From contig JAQGDQ010001459.1 in assembly GCA_030141605.1 (NCBI GenBank), positions 1 through 40,033 of the forward strand: a stretch of 40,033 bases of DNA. The letters run 5' to 3'. This document shows positions 1 through 13,375 of the stretch, piece by piece; positions within the stretch are counted from its first letter, which is position 1, and every line of letters starts with the position of its first letter. The notes beneath the pieces were generated by a model that worked only from the letters and a program-made list of their open reading frames with translations, ran no database searches and had not been told where the DNA came from. The translations under genes and the position numbers were made by a program. The DNA is from Tubiluchus corallicola. Lineage: Eukaryota > Animalia > Priapulida.

Positions 1-519
1 TCATAGAGGCTTGAAGCCAGGAGATAGACGATTGTTTTTCATTTGCTGAAAGTATTGCAGTCATAGAGGCTTGAAGCCAGGAGATAGACGATTGTTTTTC
101 CTTTGCTAAAAGTATTGCAGTCATAGAGGCTTGAAGCCAGGAGATAGACGATTGTTTTTCATTTGCTGAAAGTATTGCAGTCATAGAGGCTTGAAGCCAG
201 GAGATAGACGATTGTTTTTCATTTGCTGAAAGTATTGCAGTCATAGAGGCTTGAAGCCAGGAAATAGACGATTGTTTTTCCTTTGCTGAAAGTATTGCAG
301 TCATAGAGGCTTGAAGCCAGGAGATAGACGATTGTTTTTCCTTTGCTAAAAGTATTGCAGTCATAGAGGCTTGAAGCCAGGAGATAGACGATTGTTTTTC
401 ATTTGCTGAAAGTATTGCAGTCATAGAGGCTTGAAGCCAGGAGATAAACGATTGTTTTTCATTTGCTGAAAGTATTGCAGTCATAGAGGCTTGAAGCCAG
501 GAGATAGACGACTGTTTTT
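1..519. repeat. 60-bp tandem minisatellite, about 8.6 near-identical copies, truncated by the window start
   Basis: Unit TCATAGAGGCTTGAAGCCAGGAGATAGACGATTGTTTTTC(A/C)TTTGCT(G/A)AAAGTATTGCAG recurs every 60 nt with 0-2 substitutions and no spacers. Confidence 0.98.
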
Positions 520-560
520 AAAATTAATACAGTAATTTAAAATTTCACTCAGTTAGTGAC

Positions 561-785
561 GTGTGCGCTACGAATGTATTGATTATTTTTTCAAACTTTA
601 CATTAATTTGATCTAAACTTGTTCCGAATGACTTACGGTTAAAATGGCTGCGTCTAATGGTCATTGTGGGAGTTCAAATTTACAAGTTTTATACACTGTT
701 GTTGCCGACGCAAGCCCTGCATGCAAAAAGGCTGTATGTAAGTGGTATAAACTTAGAAGATGATAGATTTTCTTGTGCTTTAAGT
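561..785 (+). repeat. Dispersed repeat family A, copy 1 (unclassified)
   Basis: Collinear similarity to 30589-30811 (GTGTGCGCT..GATTATTTTTCAAACTTTACA..GTTAAAATGGC..AAATTTACAAGTTTTATACA..GCAAGCCCT..GATTTTCTTGTGCTTTAAG). Confidence 0.8.
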
Positions 786-984
786 TTTTTTTACCATCTA
801 TGCGATTATGTTTGATAATTTACAAGTGATCAGAATTTTGAAATACTTGCAATGCAGTAGAGATAATTGAACTAAACCAACCAATATTTGCGTATTTCAT
901 TCCGTTGCATTACATGCAATATTAGAACCATTGTGACTAAAATGAATAAGGTCAAACAACTGAATGAACGAAAAAACAAACAAG

Positions 985-985
985 C

Positions 986-1057
<72 letters not shown>
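985..1057. repeat. (CAGA)n microsatellite
   Basis: Direct reading; explains the short ORFs at 872-1088. Confidence 0.97.
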
Positions 1058-1177
1058 CCCCAACACAATTCCTTGTATTTAAGCACATTTTGGATGCCTC
1101 AAATGAGATCTAAATTCTGGTACGTAGAAAATTCCTCAAACGTAAAAAATTCTGCTTATCTAATATTTCTTTTTCAG

Positions 1178-1473
1178 GCAAATTTGACAAACGCTACTCT
1201 GCTCACGGAGACACGCATACTAGAAAAAGAAGAAGAAGGCATTGAAACCATGTTGTGTCCAGAAGACTGTCTTCCGCCTCCCCCACTCTTCAACCTCCCG
1301 CCGCCACCTGATATTTCCTGTCTGTTTCCGGAAGTCACTCCCCTCCCGCCTTGCTCGGCAGCAGATCCTGCAGTGCCTATGGCTTCCATGAATAATGTTG
1401 TTTACGGTGTTTCGTCAGCAGGCGTCGCTTTGATCGTCCTGTTTTCCTGTTTGGTGCTAGTCGTTTGTTACAG
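1178..1473 (+). CDS. Exon A of an uncharacterised single-pass membrane protein (ectodomain stalk plus TM helix)
   Basis: Acceptor tttcttttcag at 1167-1177 and donor AG|gtaagt at 1474. Encodes ANLTNATLL...CPEDCLPPPPLFNLPPPPDISC...VVYGVSSAGVALIVLFSCLVLVVCY and ends in phase 2. NLT and NAT sequons; hydrophobic stretch of about 23 aa. An in-frame ATG (ACCATG) at 1250 is an alternative start. Confidence 0.88.
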
Positions 1474-1850
1474 GTAAGTCTAGCGATTCCCTCCTTCAGT
1501 TTATATGTTTTTGTGAAAATAATTTAGAACATTACTGCGCGTTTAGACTGGCGGGTTTTCTCGCCAAGTAACTTGCCAACTGACACGCAAGTGTGTCCAG
1601 AATTAGAGGGCAAAACTTGGTGCTACCTTCTCTATTCGCACATTTGGAATTCGTAGCGTGATCGCCTGTCACGTGATCTGTGACGTACTATCGCCACATC
1701 ATGAAATTATATCCGTCCATAATTTACTCTTGAATGTTGCTTCAAGTTTATTTGACTTGTAAACCAGTGTCACTGTGTTGCTGATGCTGCTGATGATGAA
1801 TGTAGGAAGAGGTACTCAAATCATTACGCTTGGCTTCAGCTCTAGAGATG

Positions 1851-2089
<239 letters not shown>

Positions 2090-3043
2090 AAGGGCAGAAT
2101 ATGTTTTGGTGACACATTGCACTAAAGCGTGAAGATAATGATTCTCTTTAGGACTGAAGTCTTGGGGGGGGGGGGGGGGGGTATTTGTAAACACAAATGA
2201 AACCTTTATATATTTGCATACCAGGCACGTAAGTTTGCTGCAGTGATGGGACATTATCTAGTGGTGTACAGCATTGCCTCTTTGACCGCTTTTGTGGTTG
2301 CTTAATGGTTAGTTTGAGCGGATTTTCCTTCGAGACATAACACTTTGCAGCTAAGGGTAGGGTTATCACCTGTCTAGGGTCCTGTGAAAGCATTTTGTAT
2401 ATATTTTGCGAAAGCTTAGTTATAACATGATACTTGGATTTCGTTTCTAATTTTAAAAGTCCGACAAAAGTTGAGTGTGTGTCACGATCATTACACACGA
2501 ATTGATTAATATTTCTTTGCGTCAAAAAAAAATAAATTTTATTAATAAATCGAGATCGCTCGAATTGTGTCTTTTTTTATTAAGAATTAGAAAGACCTAA
2601 ACATTATTGCTGTTGAGCTGGAAATATGTCATTTAGTAGTATTTGTTTGAATCCTGAAGCAAATTGGATGGGTGCCCTGGATACACGTTTACAGATGCAC
2701 ATTGTTCATTGTTATGAATATTCACAGATGGTCGCACGCAGTTTGTAATTGTGCTAAGTATCAAAGAGTTATTCGTGGGCACAATGCGTCCCGTATTTGA
2801 ACGCCAAGGGTTAGAGGATTGCTTTTACATTGATATGTAAATCGCGGCCCCCTAGCGGAAACAGGGAGAATATTTTATGCTAATTCGTTTATAAAATGCG
2901 CAACTTTGGTTGAACGATTATTCTAGGACGCTGTCAAATACTGAAGCTTGAATTTCTTTGAAGTAATTACATTGAAGAAGAGATATGATGTTACTCCAGA
3001 GATAATCTAGATATTGATCGGTTAGTTGAGCCCGGCCAGACGA

Positions 3044-3799
3044 TCAATCATTAAACCAAACTAATCGATGAACCGTCCTACCCTTAATTATCTATTCAGT
3101 CACTTATAGTCAGTCAGTCAGTCAGTCAGTCAGTCAGTCAGTCAGTCAGTCAGTCAGTCAGTCAGTCAGTCAGTCAGTCAATCAGTCAGTCAATTTTATA
3201 TGCAAGAACATTTTAAGCAGTGATGCAAACTTTACTTCTGTAATTAGATGTCATTGGCATAGTTTGTTATATCATTAATTGTTATTTGTGTTATTGTTGT
3301 GTCTTGATTTATTGTTTTTTGTTTTTTGTGTGTGTTTTGTTTGTGGTTTTTGTTTTTTAATCAGTCAGTCAATCACTCAGTCAGTCGGTAGGTTGATCTG
3401 ATAGTCGATTCAGTCTGTTAGTCAGTAAGTTACGTGTAGTTCTATTTCACAAACAGCTTGGATCTCGCGCAGCTAACACCTGAACCGGAAGTCTGCCTCT
3501 TTCCTGCTGACAAAATAATAAATAACGAATAAAACGTTTTGGAAGCCCCACATGAAGCCCGACAGCATGGTTGACTGAGCATGACGATAACGTACAGTGT
3601 GTACGTGTTTATCATCAAATCAGGACGATAAGATTTTGTTCTACAATTCACCCCACTGACTGATTGACTGACTGACTGACTGACTGACTGACTGACTGAC
3701 TGACTGACTGACTGACTGACTGACTGACTATAAGTGACTGACTAATAATAGATAATTAAGGGTAGGACAGTTCATCGATTAGTTTGGTTTAATGACTGA
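3044..3799. mobile_element. Inverted-repeat (fold-back/MITE-like) element whose arms contain (CAGT)n
   Basis: 3044-3190 (TCAATCATTAAACCAAACTAATCGATGAACCGTCCTACCCTTAATTATCTATT..CAGTCACTTATAGTCAGTCAG..) is the reverse complement of about 3656-3799, with a few mismatches and one small indel. No TSD recognised. Confidence 0.7.
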
Positions 3800-3824
3800 C
3801 TCACCCCATTAAGACTGGATTATA

Positions 3825-4040
3825 AACTTTTTGCGCCCCAAGGCTAATGAAATTATGCCCCCCTCAGACAGAACCACCCTCTCTCGCCACACCCGTCTTG
3901 AATATTTGTATATTAGCGACACATACTTAGCTTGAAGTAAACTTATTGCATGAAAATATTCCTTAAGAAATATTTTACCACATTTTTTTTACTGTTTACT
4001 GCAAAAAATAGATGTTTACCAAATGTTAACAACGCTTCAG
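3825..4040 (+). repeat. Dispersed repeat family B, copy 1 (unclassified)
   Basis: Matches 18927-19192 (CTAATGAAAT..GCCCCC(C)TCAGAC.GAACCACCCTC..GTCTTGAATATTT..AGCTTGAA.TAAACTTATTGCA). Confidence 0.75.
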
Positions 4041-4197
4041 AGATGCAGGTTATACTAGCCCAGCCCCATTACAGTACCCACGGGGTGCTCAGGGTGTGAC
4101 CTGTGTGGGGCTAGACTAGATCATGGGTACAATAATTTTGATAATATGACTGTAGGTTTAGAAAAGTACCAGGTTTCTTATAATTAAATTTCTGTTA

Positions 4198-4310
4198 ATA
4201 GGAGAAATTTGTTGATAGTGTTCTCTTCAAAGTACGAGAGGCTGTAGTTAACAGAAAAACAAATTTCTGACAACGAATTCCACAGATAAGAAGTCCGAGA
4301 AAAATTGAAT
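4198..4310 (-). mobile_element. Decayed LINE ORF2 C-terminal remnant (CR1/L2/Jockey-group type)
   Basis: Minus strand translates to FSRTSYLWNSLSEICFSVNYSLSYFEENTINKFL, which resembles the 'FFPRTxxLWNSLP..FP..YNL..FK' end of these elements. Confidence 0.6.
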
Positions 4311-4841
4311 TTATGTTGAGAGTATTCAATAAGGGTTTTATTTATTGAAGAGTAGTAAAAAAGTTATACTTATTAAAAACAGTTGCACGTGTTTTGCAGT
4401 TTATGGCTTCGCCTCGCGTTGAGTGACTTAGCGGGAATTATCCCTGAGAACAGGATCGCTCCTGGAATCCCCTTTTAAGCCACCGTGTGAATTTTCTCTT
4501 CTGTTTATTGATCGAACGAGAAGAATTAGAGAGAAGATTTAATTACGAGTCTTCAATCAAATTTGATGATAGGTTGAATTGTTTGACTTAATTCATTCTG
4601 ATCAATATTCATTGTAGCATCCGTATGGACAATCCTCTGAGATGAGTTACTGAACCATGAGGAGTGTCTTAGCCTCGTTTGCATGTGTCAGTCCTTTCAC
4701 AAACGTGTGAAAATTTAACTACATAGACTACTCTTTTCTAATATGATTGCAGTTTAAACTTCGGCACATTTTTTCTGTGCCACCCGATATAAACATTCAT
4801 AATGTTGATGGCTTCCTTGATTCTCATAATTACTTGTTTAA

Positions 4842-5448
4842 AGGAAAGAACAAGTCACTCAGTATGTTGGGTTTATTTCACTGTTATCACCTAAACTTAA
4901 AAAAGGCATAACAAAGAAATTTGCAAAAAACTGTCTGTAAAGCATAAATTTAAAATTATACTACCTCTCAATAGAAATTTTCAGGCGTGGTGGTTGCCGC
5001 CATTCACTTGAAAATTATGACGTAACTAGGAGACTTCGTGACTTTTCGTAAGCGCGTCGTTTTCCGTAAGCGCGAGCTGCGTAAACTAATTCCAACTTAT
5101 GCAGCTTACCTAACATTCGTGCAAAAAATGTTACAAAATTAGCTATCTAATTCTTTTGTAAAAACTTATTATACTTTTGCCCAAGATTGAAAGTGTACAC
5201 CTTTTCTTCAAGACGAATGACGTCATTGGAAGAAGAATGGGTGTTGAAAATTGAAGCTCTCAAGCAGATGAGGTGATCGCGACTTTAAAGTGATTTTACT
5301 AGTTTACACGAGGCAGGCGCTTATTGCAGTTTTATTACTAAGTCCTTCTAACGTTTGTTACGAACATTAAAATAAACCTGGCTTCGTAGAAAATAAACAT
5401 GGCTTCCTAGAAAATAAACCTGGCTTCCTAGAAAGCTTGACCTTTCCT
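4842..5448 (+). mobile_element. Non-autonomous DNA transposon family C, copy 1 (Kolobok-like MITE, 607 bp)
   Basis: TTAA on both flanks (4838-4841, 5449-5452). Termini AGGAAAGAACAAG / CTTGACCTTTCCT. Homologous to 16683-17197 and 31622-32004. Internal 21-bp triplication at about 5369-5432. A TTAA TSD with AG..CT ends fits Kolobok better than piggyBac (CCC..GGG). Confidence 0.8.
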
Positions 5449-5878
5449 TTAACTTTTGTCCATCAGAAGTTGTCCAACAGGTTTTTCTAGTGTCCATCTT
5501 TGACCCGATTCACCTGACCACAATTGCACCCCTGCAAATCTGGCAATGATTGGCAAACGCTGTTTTGTTTGGCTTCATTTGTTCGCCTTTTCAAGGTCAG
5601 AGAGAATTTGTCTGCATTGATTGTCAAACAGTGAGTGCTACGTGTGCGCAATATCCTAATGTAATTTTTCTAACACAGCAAGTTGTCTGCGTCACGTAGG
5701 CATTGATCGTGTGGTTAGGAGAAATCCTGCGGGAATAGATCGACTGGATTTGCTTGTCTTTAATTCCTCTTTACATTCTTCTTCCCTCTTGTTGTTCTTG
5801 TTGATTTTTTTGGCTTCATTTATAAGATAAGGTCATGGCAAATGGAGGCACTCTGTACATTATTGCATTGAAGATTTA

Positions 5879-6201
5879 ACATCGTCATCATCATCATCGT
5901 CATCATCACCATCACCATCGTCATCGTCGTTGTCAACATCATCATCACCATCACCGTTATCGCCATCATCATCATCACCATCGTAATCGTCATCATCGTT
6001 GTCATCGTCATCCTCATCATCGTCATCGTCACCACCATTACCATCATCATCATCATCATCATCTTCAACATCATAATCGTTTATCATCATCAGCGTCATC
6101 ATCGTCGTCGTCGTCATGATCAACATCATGATCATTATCATCATCATTATCACCATCATCATCATCATCATTATCACCATCATCATCATCATCATTATCA
6201 C

Positions 6202-6247
<46 letters not shown>

Positions 6248-6275
6248 GTCGTCATCATCGTCGTCGTCATCATCA
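5879..6275. repeat. Compound (CAT/CGT/CAC)n trinucleotide repeat
   Basis: Direct reading; produces the poly-M, poly-D and poly-I ORFs. Confidence 0.96.
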
Positions 6276-6766
6276 ATGGTGTCACTCGACTTTTGTGCGC
6301 ATGTGCGTACTTTATTTTCTTCAGGTTTGTGGTCGTAAAAGATTGGCTGCACGAATTCTTGCTGTGTGGTTAGCTTGCCGACTGACTTAGCAAACGTCTA
6401 ACCGAGTAATTACTTGATTAAGGTTGACCATCAACTGACTAACTGATAGACCGACAGGCTCACGAACTTTATGACTAATTGATTGCATGACTGAATTATT
6501 TGCTGACTGCCTGACTTTATTGATTGCCTGCCTGGCTAAGTGACTGACAGGTTTGATTTGATTTGATTTAATTTTGATTTAAATGTTGATCTTCGCTCGT
6601 ACAGACTGATCGGCATCCTTACAGATTAGCTGGGCGGCCGACCGACTGACCGACTGACTGAACGAGCTAGCGTCTGACCAACTGGCTGACTGGCTGACTA
6701 ATTCTCTGACTCATTGAAAATGTACTAAACTGTTGTAATAAACGTATTGCAGGCGCAGTGTATTTA

Positions 6767-6836
6767 CAGAGGCGGATCCAGGATTCTTGAAAGGGAGGGG
6801 TCCATACAAACTGGGCCCCCTCTGGATCCGCTTCTG
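6767..6836. mobile_element. 70-bp minimal MITE
   Basis: 15-bp TIRs CAGAGGCGGATCCAG / CTGGATCCGCTTCTG with one mismatch, around a 40-bp core. Confidence 0.7.
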
Positions 6837-7488
6837 GTTTGTAATATCAACATGATAAGAAAGTAACAATGATGTTCACTATGGCTGCCTGCAATGCTAA
6901 ATGTAAATCATCGTGCTTCCGCCATGTTGCTATGGTGGCGCCACCACACCGTAACCTAATCAGATAAGTTGCGATTTTGTAGAACTTTCTCCGTCCATAA
7001 CAACAGGTTCAATTGATGAGAATTTATGTGAGCCGTCTAATAAATTGAACCGACAAAACTTTAGCGGAAGTGTGATTTACAGGACGCATCAACGACTAGG
7101 AAATTTCCCAGGAAAACGAAGAAACTGACATAGTAATTCAGATGTTAAAACTTGCATCGCTTATGAACCTTGAAAATAAAAAAATCATCCTACACTGTTT
7201 TATCATAATAGACTACACCTGGTGCTACACTGCTCCCAAACATTTACTGTACTTTTCAATTAATTTATGTGGGAAATATTTTTTGTGTACTACCATAGTG
7301 GGTCGATCATTAATTTCTTTCGTTTGATGATCGAAGTGGATAAAATTAATTATGGACGGCATCACGCAACCATGACTTTTGCACCTGTCTCACCTGTACG
7401 CTAGGTGAAATGTAGTCGGCTGATTTCATGTAATAAGGAGAAAAATGCACCGAGAATTTGAAAAAAGGATTATTTTAGTGTATCGTTT

Positions 7489-7688
7489 TCTCTCTCTTTC
7501 TCTCTCTCGCTCTGTCTCTCACTCTATCACTCTCTCCCTTTCACTCACTCTCTATTTCTTTCTCTCTCTCTCTGTTTCTCTCTCTCTCTTTTTCTCTCCA
7601 TCTCTCTTTCTCTCTCTCTCTTTTTCTCTCCCTCCCTCTCTCTCTCTCTCTCTCTCTTTTTCTCTCCATCTCTCACTCTCTCACTCTT

Positions 7689-7750
<62 letters not shown>

Positions 7751-7757
7751 ACACGCA

Positions 7758-7806
<49 letters not shown>

Positions 7807-7900
7807 TCTTTCTCTCACTCAGTGTCTGCCTCTTTGCCTGCTCTCTCTTCTCACCACCCCCTCTTTCTATCTCTATCTCTCTCCCTCTCTCTCTTTGTAA
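7489..7900. repeat. Imperfect (TC)n with (CACG)n/(CA)n insert
   Basis: Direct reading. Confidence 0.95.
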
Positions 7901-8580
7901 CACAATCTCACTTTATCTCTCTTTTTCTTTCGACCCCTTTTTCTCTCTTGCTCCCCTTCATTTTTGAAATTGAAAGTGAAAACAAGAAACAAAACGGAAT
8001 CTCTGAAATCAAGACTAAACGGCTTCATTAAGCACAAGTTTGCAAGGGTTAACTAGGTTTAAATGCTGTTTTATTTTCCCAAAACCTTTTCATTTCCTCC
8101 ACAATAATACGCAAATAGCCCCGGGATGACAGCAAGTAACAAAATTTAATAATCATCCAATGAAAACTGACTGCATCCAGGCTCAAACAATCGCTAATTA
8201 TTATCAGATTATGAAGCCAATTTCTGTGTCGTAATGAATTATACAGCTTTGCCTGTTTATTCACCTGGCGAGGCGGTACTTATTGATCAGATTCCGCGGA
8301 TCATTTGCTGATATCAGTAATTAGCGAGCTGCTGTTGCCTTGTCCACTAAAAAGTCTATAATATCGGCATTCGTTTGATGTACACCTGGAGAGTTGTGGC
8401 TTCTTTAGGTATTAGTTAGGGAGAGAAGTTTGAAAGAGGAGGAAGCTGCCTGACTGGGCTTTTTTGAGTTTTTGCTGCTAATTATTCGGCTTTGATGAAA
8501 AGAAGACTGCAGGTAGTTCATGAAGACTTCCGTTCGTTTGCTAGTTTTTGAATTAGACATAAAATAACTTGAAATTACGT

Positions 8581-8955
<375 letters not shown>

Positions 8956-9258
8956 ACTCAAAGAAATTTCTGGACTACCCGCACCTGTATCTTTTTCTCA
9001 TGTTTGTTTGCATCACTCATTTTTTAATTTTTTTTGTTCTTTTGCTTTTCCATTCTGCCTGTTTTTTCTGGTTGTTTGCAGATTTCGTTGAACTCATTTG
9101 CTTGCTTGCTCCTTCCTTCCTTGTTTGTTTGTTTGTATGTTTGTTTGCATGTATGTATGCGTGTATGTACGTATGTTTGTTTGTTTTTGTGTTAGTTAGT
9201 TAGTCAGTCGGTGAACCATCCAGCCTGCTAGCCAGCCAGTCAGTCAGCCAGTCAGTCA

Positions 9259-9259
<1 letters not shown>

Positions 9260-9324
<65 letters not shown>

Positions 9325-9364
9325 ACAGTACAATATATATCTATATATATATTGTACTGTTATT
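9260..9364. repeat. (TA)n tract followed by a 20-bp-arm palindrome
   Basis: (TA)n at 9260-9320, then AATAACAGTACAATATATAT-ctat-ATATATATTGTACTGTTATT at 9321-9364. Confidence 0.9.
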
Positions 9365-10539
9365 TTATTTATTTATGTATTTATTTGTATGTGTTGAGAG
9401 GAGGGGTTATAATTGTTGTATGTCTTGTAATTATGGTATGTTACGTATTCTATGAACCTAGTTCGAAATAAAGAGTTAAATCAAATCAAATCAGTCAGTC
9501 AGTCAGTCAGTCAGTCAGTCAGTCAGTCAGTTAGTTAGTTAATTATTTTTGTTTTGTGTATGTCTGTCTGTCTGTTTATGTGCCTGTTCACCTGCCTGTC
9601 TGTCTATCTGCTTGTCTGTCTGTCTGTCCGTCTCGTGATTTATTTCTTCGTATAACGTCTTCTGTTTCTGTTCTTCCTGTTTATCATCTTTGCTTACCTT
9701 CTCTATTTTACTCTTCCCTTCATCTGTTGATTAGGAAACAGCTGTTCAGGTGCAATATCCCTGCACACGTCAGGTTTCTGTACAACTGATGTCACATTAA
9801 CTTGTCTGTAAATTTCATTAGTGAACATTAACACCTTGTTCAATCCATTAACACTATACAGAGCTGTCTGATTTCCCCCAGTAGATGTCAGCACCTGTGT
9901 GCAGGTAGGAAAATCTATCAGTACCAGTACGTTCGTATGGGCTATAAAGTGTGAAAGCTAAACATTCACACACTTGCTTACGTCTAGTGTTTCAGTTGTT
10001 TCCCTTGCGCTGCTTTGAATAGTGAAAGTTCCCATTTGACGAGCGTTGTGCAAACTTCGCAGCAGAATTTGCTTCACTGGATATTACAAGTTCTGCCAAA
10101 ATCATGGCGAATCTATTTCATTCGGTTTTACCTGTAACCAGGGGGCGTATCAAGACTTTACGACGCCCTAGTTCTGTCTCGCCCGTCTCTTTTATGAATT
10201 TATTATTTTTTGTGTAATGAGCAGATTGAATAATTGCTTGTGGTGTATTAGAAACACTATTAGCCTAGTTTCTACGTATTCATTATTAATTACATATGTT
10301 TGCAAAGCGCTTATATTCAAGCAGGCTGTGCAACTGCTTGTTGTGAAATACCTTGCACCTGTTCGTTATGTGGCTATTATATAAAAGCTACGTTCAGCAG
10401 CTGCCTGTAGTGTGTTATAAAGTGTGCCATTTGCCCCTGCCTGTAGCTCTTGAGGTTGGTACATTTTTTCGACTAAGGTGTTCTACCAGCCGTCTGCCGC
10501 ATCAGTTCAGTAGCTTCAGTTGTTTTCCGTGGACTCTAT

Positions 10540-10964
10540 ATTGCCTTGCTAATCGAAAATCTGTTGTAACATTAAACTGTTTAAAGCTCTTTTATCGTTT
10601 CTTCCAAGCTCTCGGGACCTCTCCTTACTGGCTCCGTCAACCTGACAAGTTGCTTAGAGTATTAGTTTTCCTGCTGCTTCTCGTGGTTTTACCCAGAATA
10701 GCTGCTTTTAAATCAAGCCTTTTCCTTCGTGCTGCTTCTCTGTGGAATTCTTTACCAGAAAATTGTATCTGTAGACCACAATTTCACCCAATTCAAAACA
10801 GAAATCCCTTGTTATTATAAAATTAGGTTTTGCATACATATACAATTATGCATACATACATACATACATATATACATACATACATACATACATACATACA
10901 TACATACATACATACATACATACATACATACATACATACATACATACATACATACATACATACA

Positions 10965-10993
<29 letters not shown>
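10540..10993 (+). mobile_element. Decayed LINE 3' end (CR1/L2/Jockey-group type) followed by a (CATA)n tract
   Basis: Translates to ..LKLFYRF..AAFKSSLFLRAASLWNSLPENC, a typical ORF2 C-terminal motif. (CATA)n at about 10833-10993 follows directly. Confidence 0.65.
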
Positions 10994-10995
<2 letters not shown>

Positions 10996-11804
10996 TTTTC
11001 ATATTTTTACTTGTCTACTTATAGTCCTACTTATTTGGTTACGTTTCAAGCGATAAGCGTAAAAATGCTGGAGCCAGACGCCACCGACTGATAAATATCC
11101 AACCAAATTAAACTTGCAGTCACTCTGCACACAGTCTCAAGTGGTCACTGGTCACGTGTCACTAATGGCCAGCTTTTTCATACCAGCTTCAACGAAAGAC
11201 GAGTTTTATTTATCTCCCACTAACGTGACTGATTAAAACCAGTCAATTGGACAAAACCGCTGACTGATTGCCTTTGCTCAAAGACTTGTCCCAGACGTTC
11301 TGTCACTCGAGATGTCTATTGACTGTCACGTGACCTGTACGAAGCCATTTAATCACGTGAGCCGCAGGAAGACTTAAACCTTGTATGGTTTGGGCACAGT
11401 TTCAGCGATTACTTTTACAATTGGTTTGCCAATTTGTGCAACAGACGTCATTGACAGAGCTGGGAGGGAAAATTAGGTATCGTGAGACTTGATAAACGAG
11501 TTGCATTGTGGGAAGAGAATTCATGTATATTGCGTTAGAGAATTTGAATAAATTGGTTCCCACTTCCCAATGAGCAGTGAATCACTAATTAGTTTTTCAA
11601 GTAATGCATTAGCACTGCATTAATGAGTTAGTTTCTCTCAAGAAACATGGTTTATTTTAAGAATGTATTGTTTTCTCTAACACTTCCAATGGTATGTAAA
11701 GTTTGCAGAATATTAGTGAACCTATAACGTTGTTATTTTAACTTAAGAGCAATTATTAAATTGAAATTAAAGGAGATTAAATTTAACATCCCTAAGCTTC
11801 ACTA

Positions 11805-12000
11805 CCTATCCACATTTGAGATACCAATGTCACATTTGACTTGACATGTGTCTACATTTGACTTACCAAAAATGCTTAAGATTTCTTGAAAACCATTGTT
11901 AACACATTTCAACTACCTAAATCTACATTTGAGTTACCAAGACACATTTAAATTACCTAAATTTACATTTGACTTAACGCGAGTCTACATTTGACATGTA
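11805..12000. repeat. Degenerate minisatellite of about 20 bp (core CTACATTTGACTTAC)
   Basis: The ACATTT(G)A core recurs about 8 times at roughly 20-bp spacing. Confidence 0.6.
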
Positions 12001-12459
12001 AAACCTATATCTTAAAAATAACTGAAAATTTGGCAGGATTCAGCACAATGCAGAAGGTGTAGAATAAAAGTTTATTAACAAGAAAGTGATTTTTTTTCTA
12101 AATAAACGGACATATGACATGTCTTGTTTAAAACTCATTAGTTCATGTATAAACAGAGTTGAGCAATTTAAATTATAGTGGTCTAGTGATCTATTTCTAA
12201 GCAGAAAGTTCCCAGTTCAAATCCAGACTGTATTCGTGTTCAGTTTCTATACAAAGAGCTGCTTTGTAATTTCTAGGATTTAATTTTACAAGTTCCAAGC
12301 CTTGTGCTTCTCTAACCATTTAAGTACAACAATGTTGCTAATTTTGTAACTCATTATCTGGCACTAATTAATTAATTAATTAGATAATTAGCTAGGTAAT
12401 TGGCTAGGTAATAGACATTGGTGTTAAAGACTGAACAAAAGTGGAGAAGAAAGTGTTAA

Positions 12460-12527
12460 CTAGCTGGGAATTGAACCCGTGGCTTTGTACACATGCTGCT
12501 CTTTTGTGCCGTTTGAGCTATTCTGGC
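12460..12527 (-). mobile_element. Degenerate tRNA-derived (SINE head) remnant
   Basis: Minus strand GCCAGAATAGCTCAAACGG...GGGTTCAATTCCCAGC gives A-box-like and B-box-like motifs; no intact anticodon arm. Confidence 0.45.
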
Positions 12528-12939
12528 TCCTCTGATGAATTATTAGTGTTACAGAATACGCAAACACTAGCGTTAAAATCAATAAATAAATTTATTAATA
12601 AAAAGTGACGAGTTATTTAATAAATTAATTAACTAATTTTACCAGTTAACTTTCACATGTTCAAAATCACTATAATTAACTATAGTCAACAATTCACTAT
12701 AAGCCACTGTTGCTACGTGACTAACTTTGATATTTGTATAAGGCAAAACTAGTCACTAATACAAAATACTCGTTTCGAACCTTCGAGTTTTCCATTTTTG
12801 GTTTCTTTTCTGCGCTGTAACATAAGTAACATTTGAGGTGAGGAATGTAGGTGATGGCTAGGCCTGTTCAGTAAATGGATGGACGACATGTTTCGTTTCA
12901 TCTGTCACAGAGAATCCAGCTGTTAATTATATTGACGCT

Positions 12940-12945
12940 TGCTTG

Positions 12946-12996
<51 letters not shown>

Positions 12997-13256
12997 TCTC
13001 ACTCACTCACTCGCTCGCTCACTCACTCACTCACTCACTCACTCTCTCACTCACTCACTCGCTCACTCACTACCTACCTACCTACCTACTCACTCACTCA
13101 CTACCTACCTAACCTATCTATCTACTTACCTACCTACTTACTTACGTACTTACTTGCTTACCTACTTGCTTATTCAGTTACTCACTTATTCACTGACTGA
13201 CTGACTGACTGACTGACTGACTGACTGACTGACTGAGACTGACTGACTGACTGACT

Positions 13257-13292
<36 letters not shown>

Positions 13293-13375
13293 ACCTGACT
13301 GATTGACTGACTGACTGACTGACTGACTGACTGACTGACTGACTGACTGACTTCTTGCCTGCTTACTTACTTATT
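12940..13375. repeat. Compound tetranucleotide array (CTTA)/(CTCA)/(CCTA)/(CTGA)
   Basis: Direct reading. Confidence 0.95.

Noticed and set aside
1-519. 60-bp array as a CRISPR array or a coding repeat
   Set aside because: The units are contiguous with no unique spacers and there are no cas genes. One minus frame is open (AILSANEKQSSISWLQASMT repeats), but nothing else supports coding.
1073-1177. N-terminal part of ORF 1073-1477 as coding
   Set aside because: It lies upstream of a strong splice acceptor, is AT-rich and starts at a non-ATG codon; interpreted as intron.
6325-6373. Candidate exon after ttttcttcag
   Set aside because: In the required phase it gives FVVVKDWLHEF with a weak donor and no basic stop-transfer; 23609-23735 fits far better.
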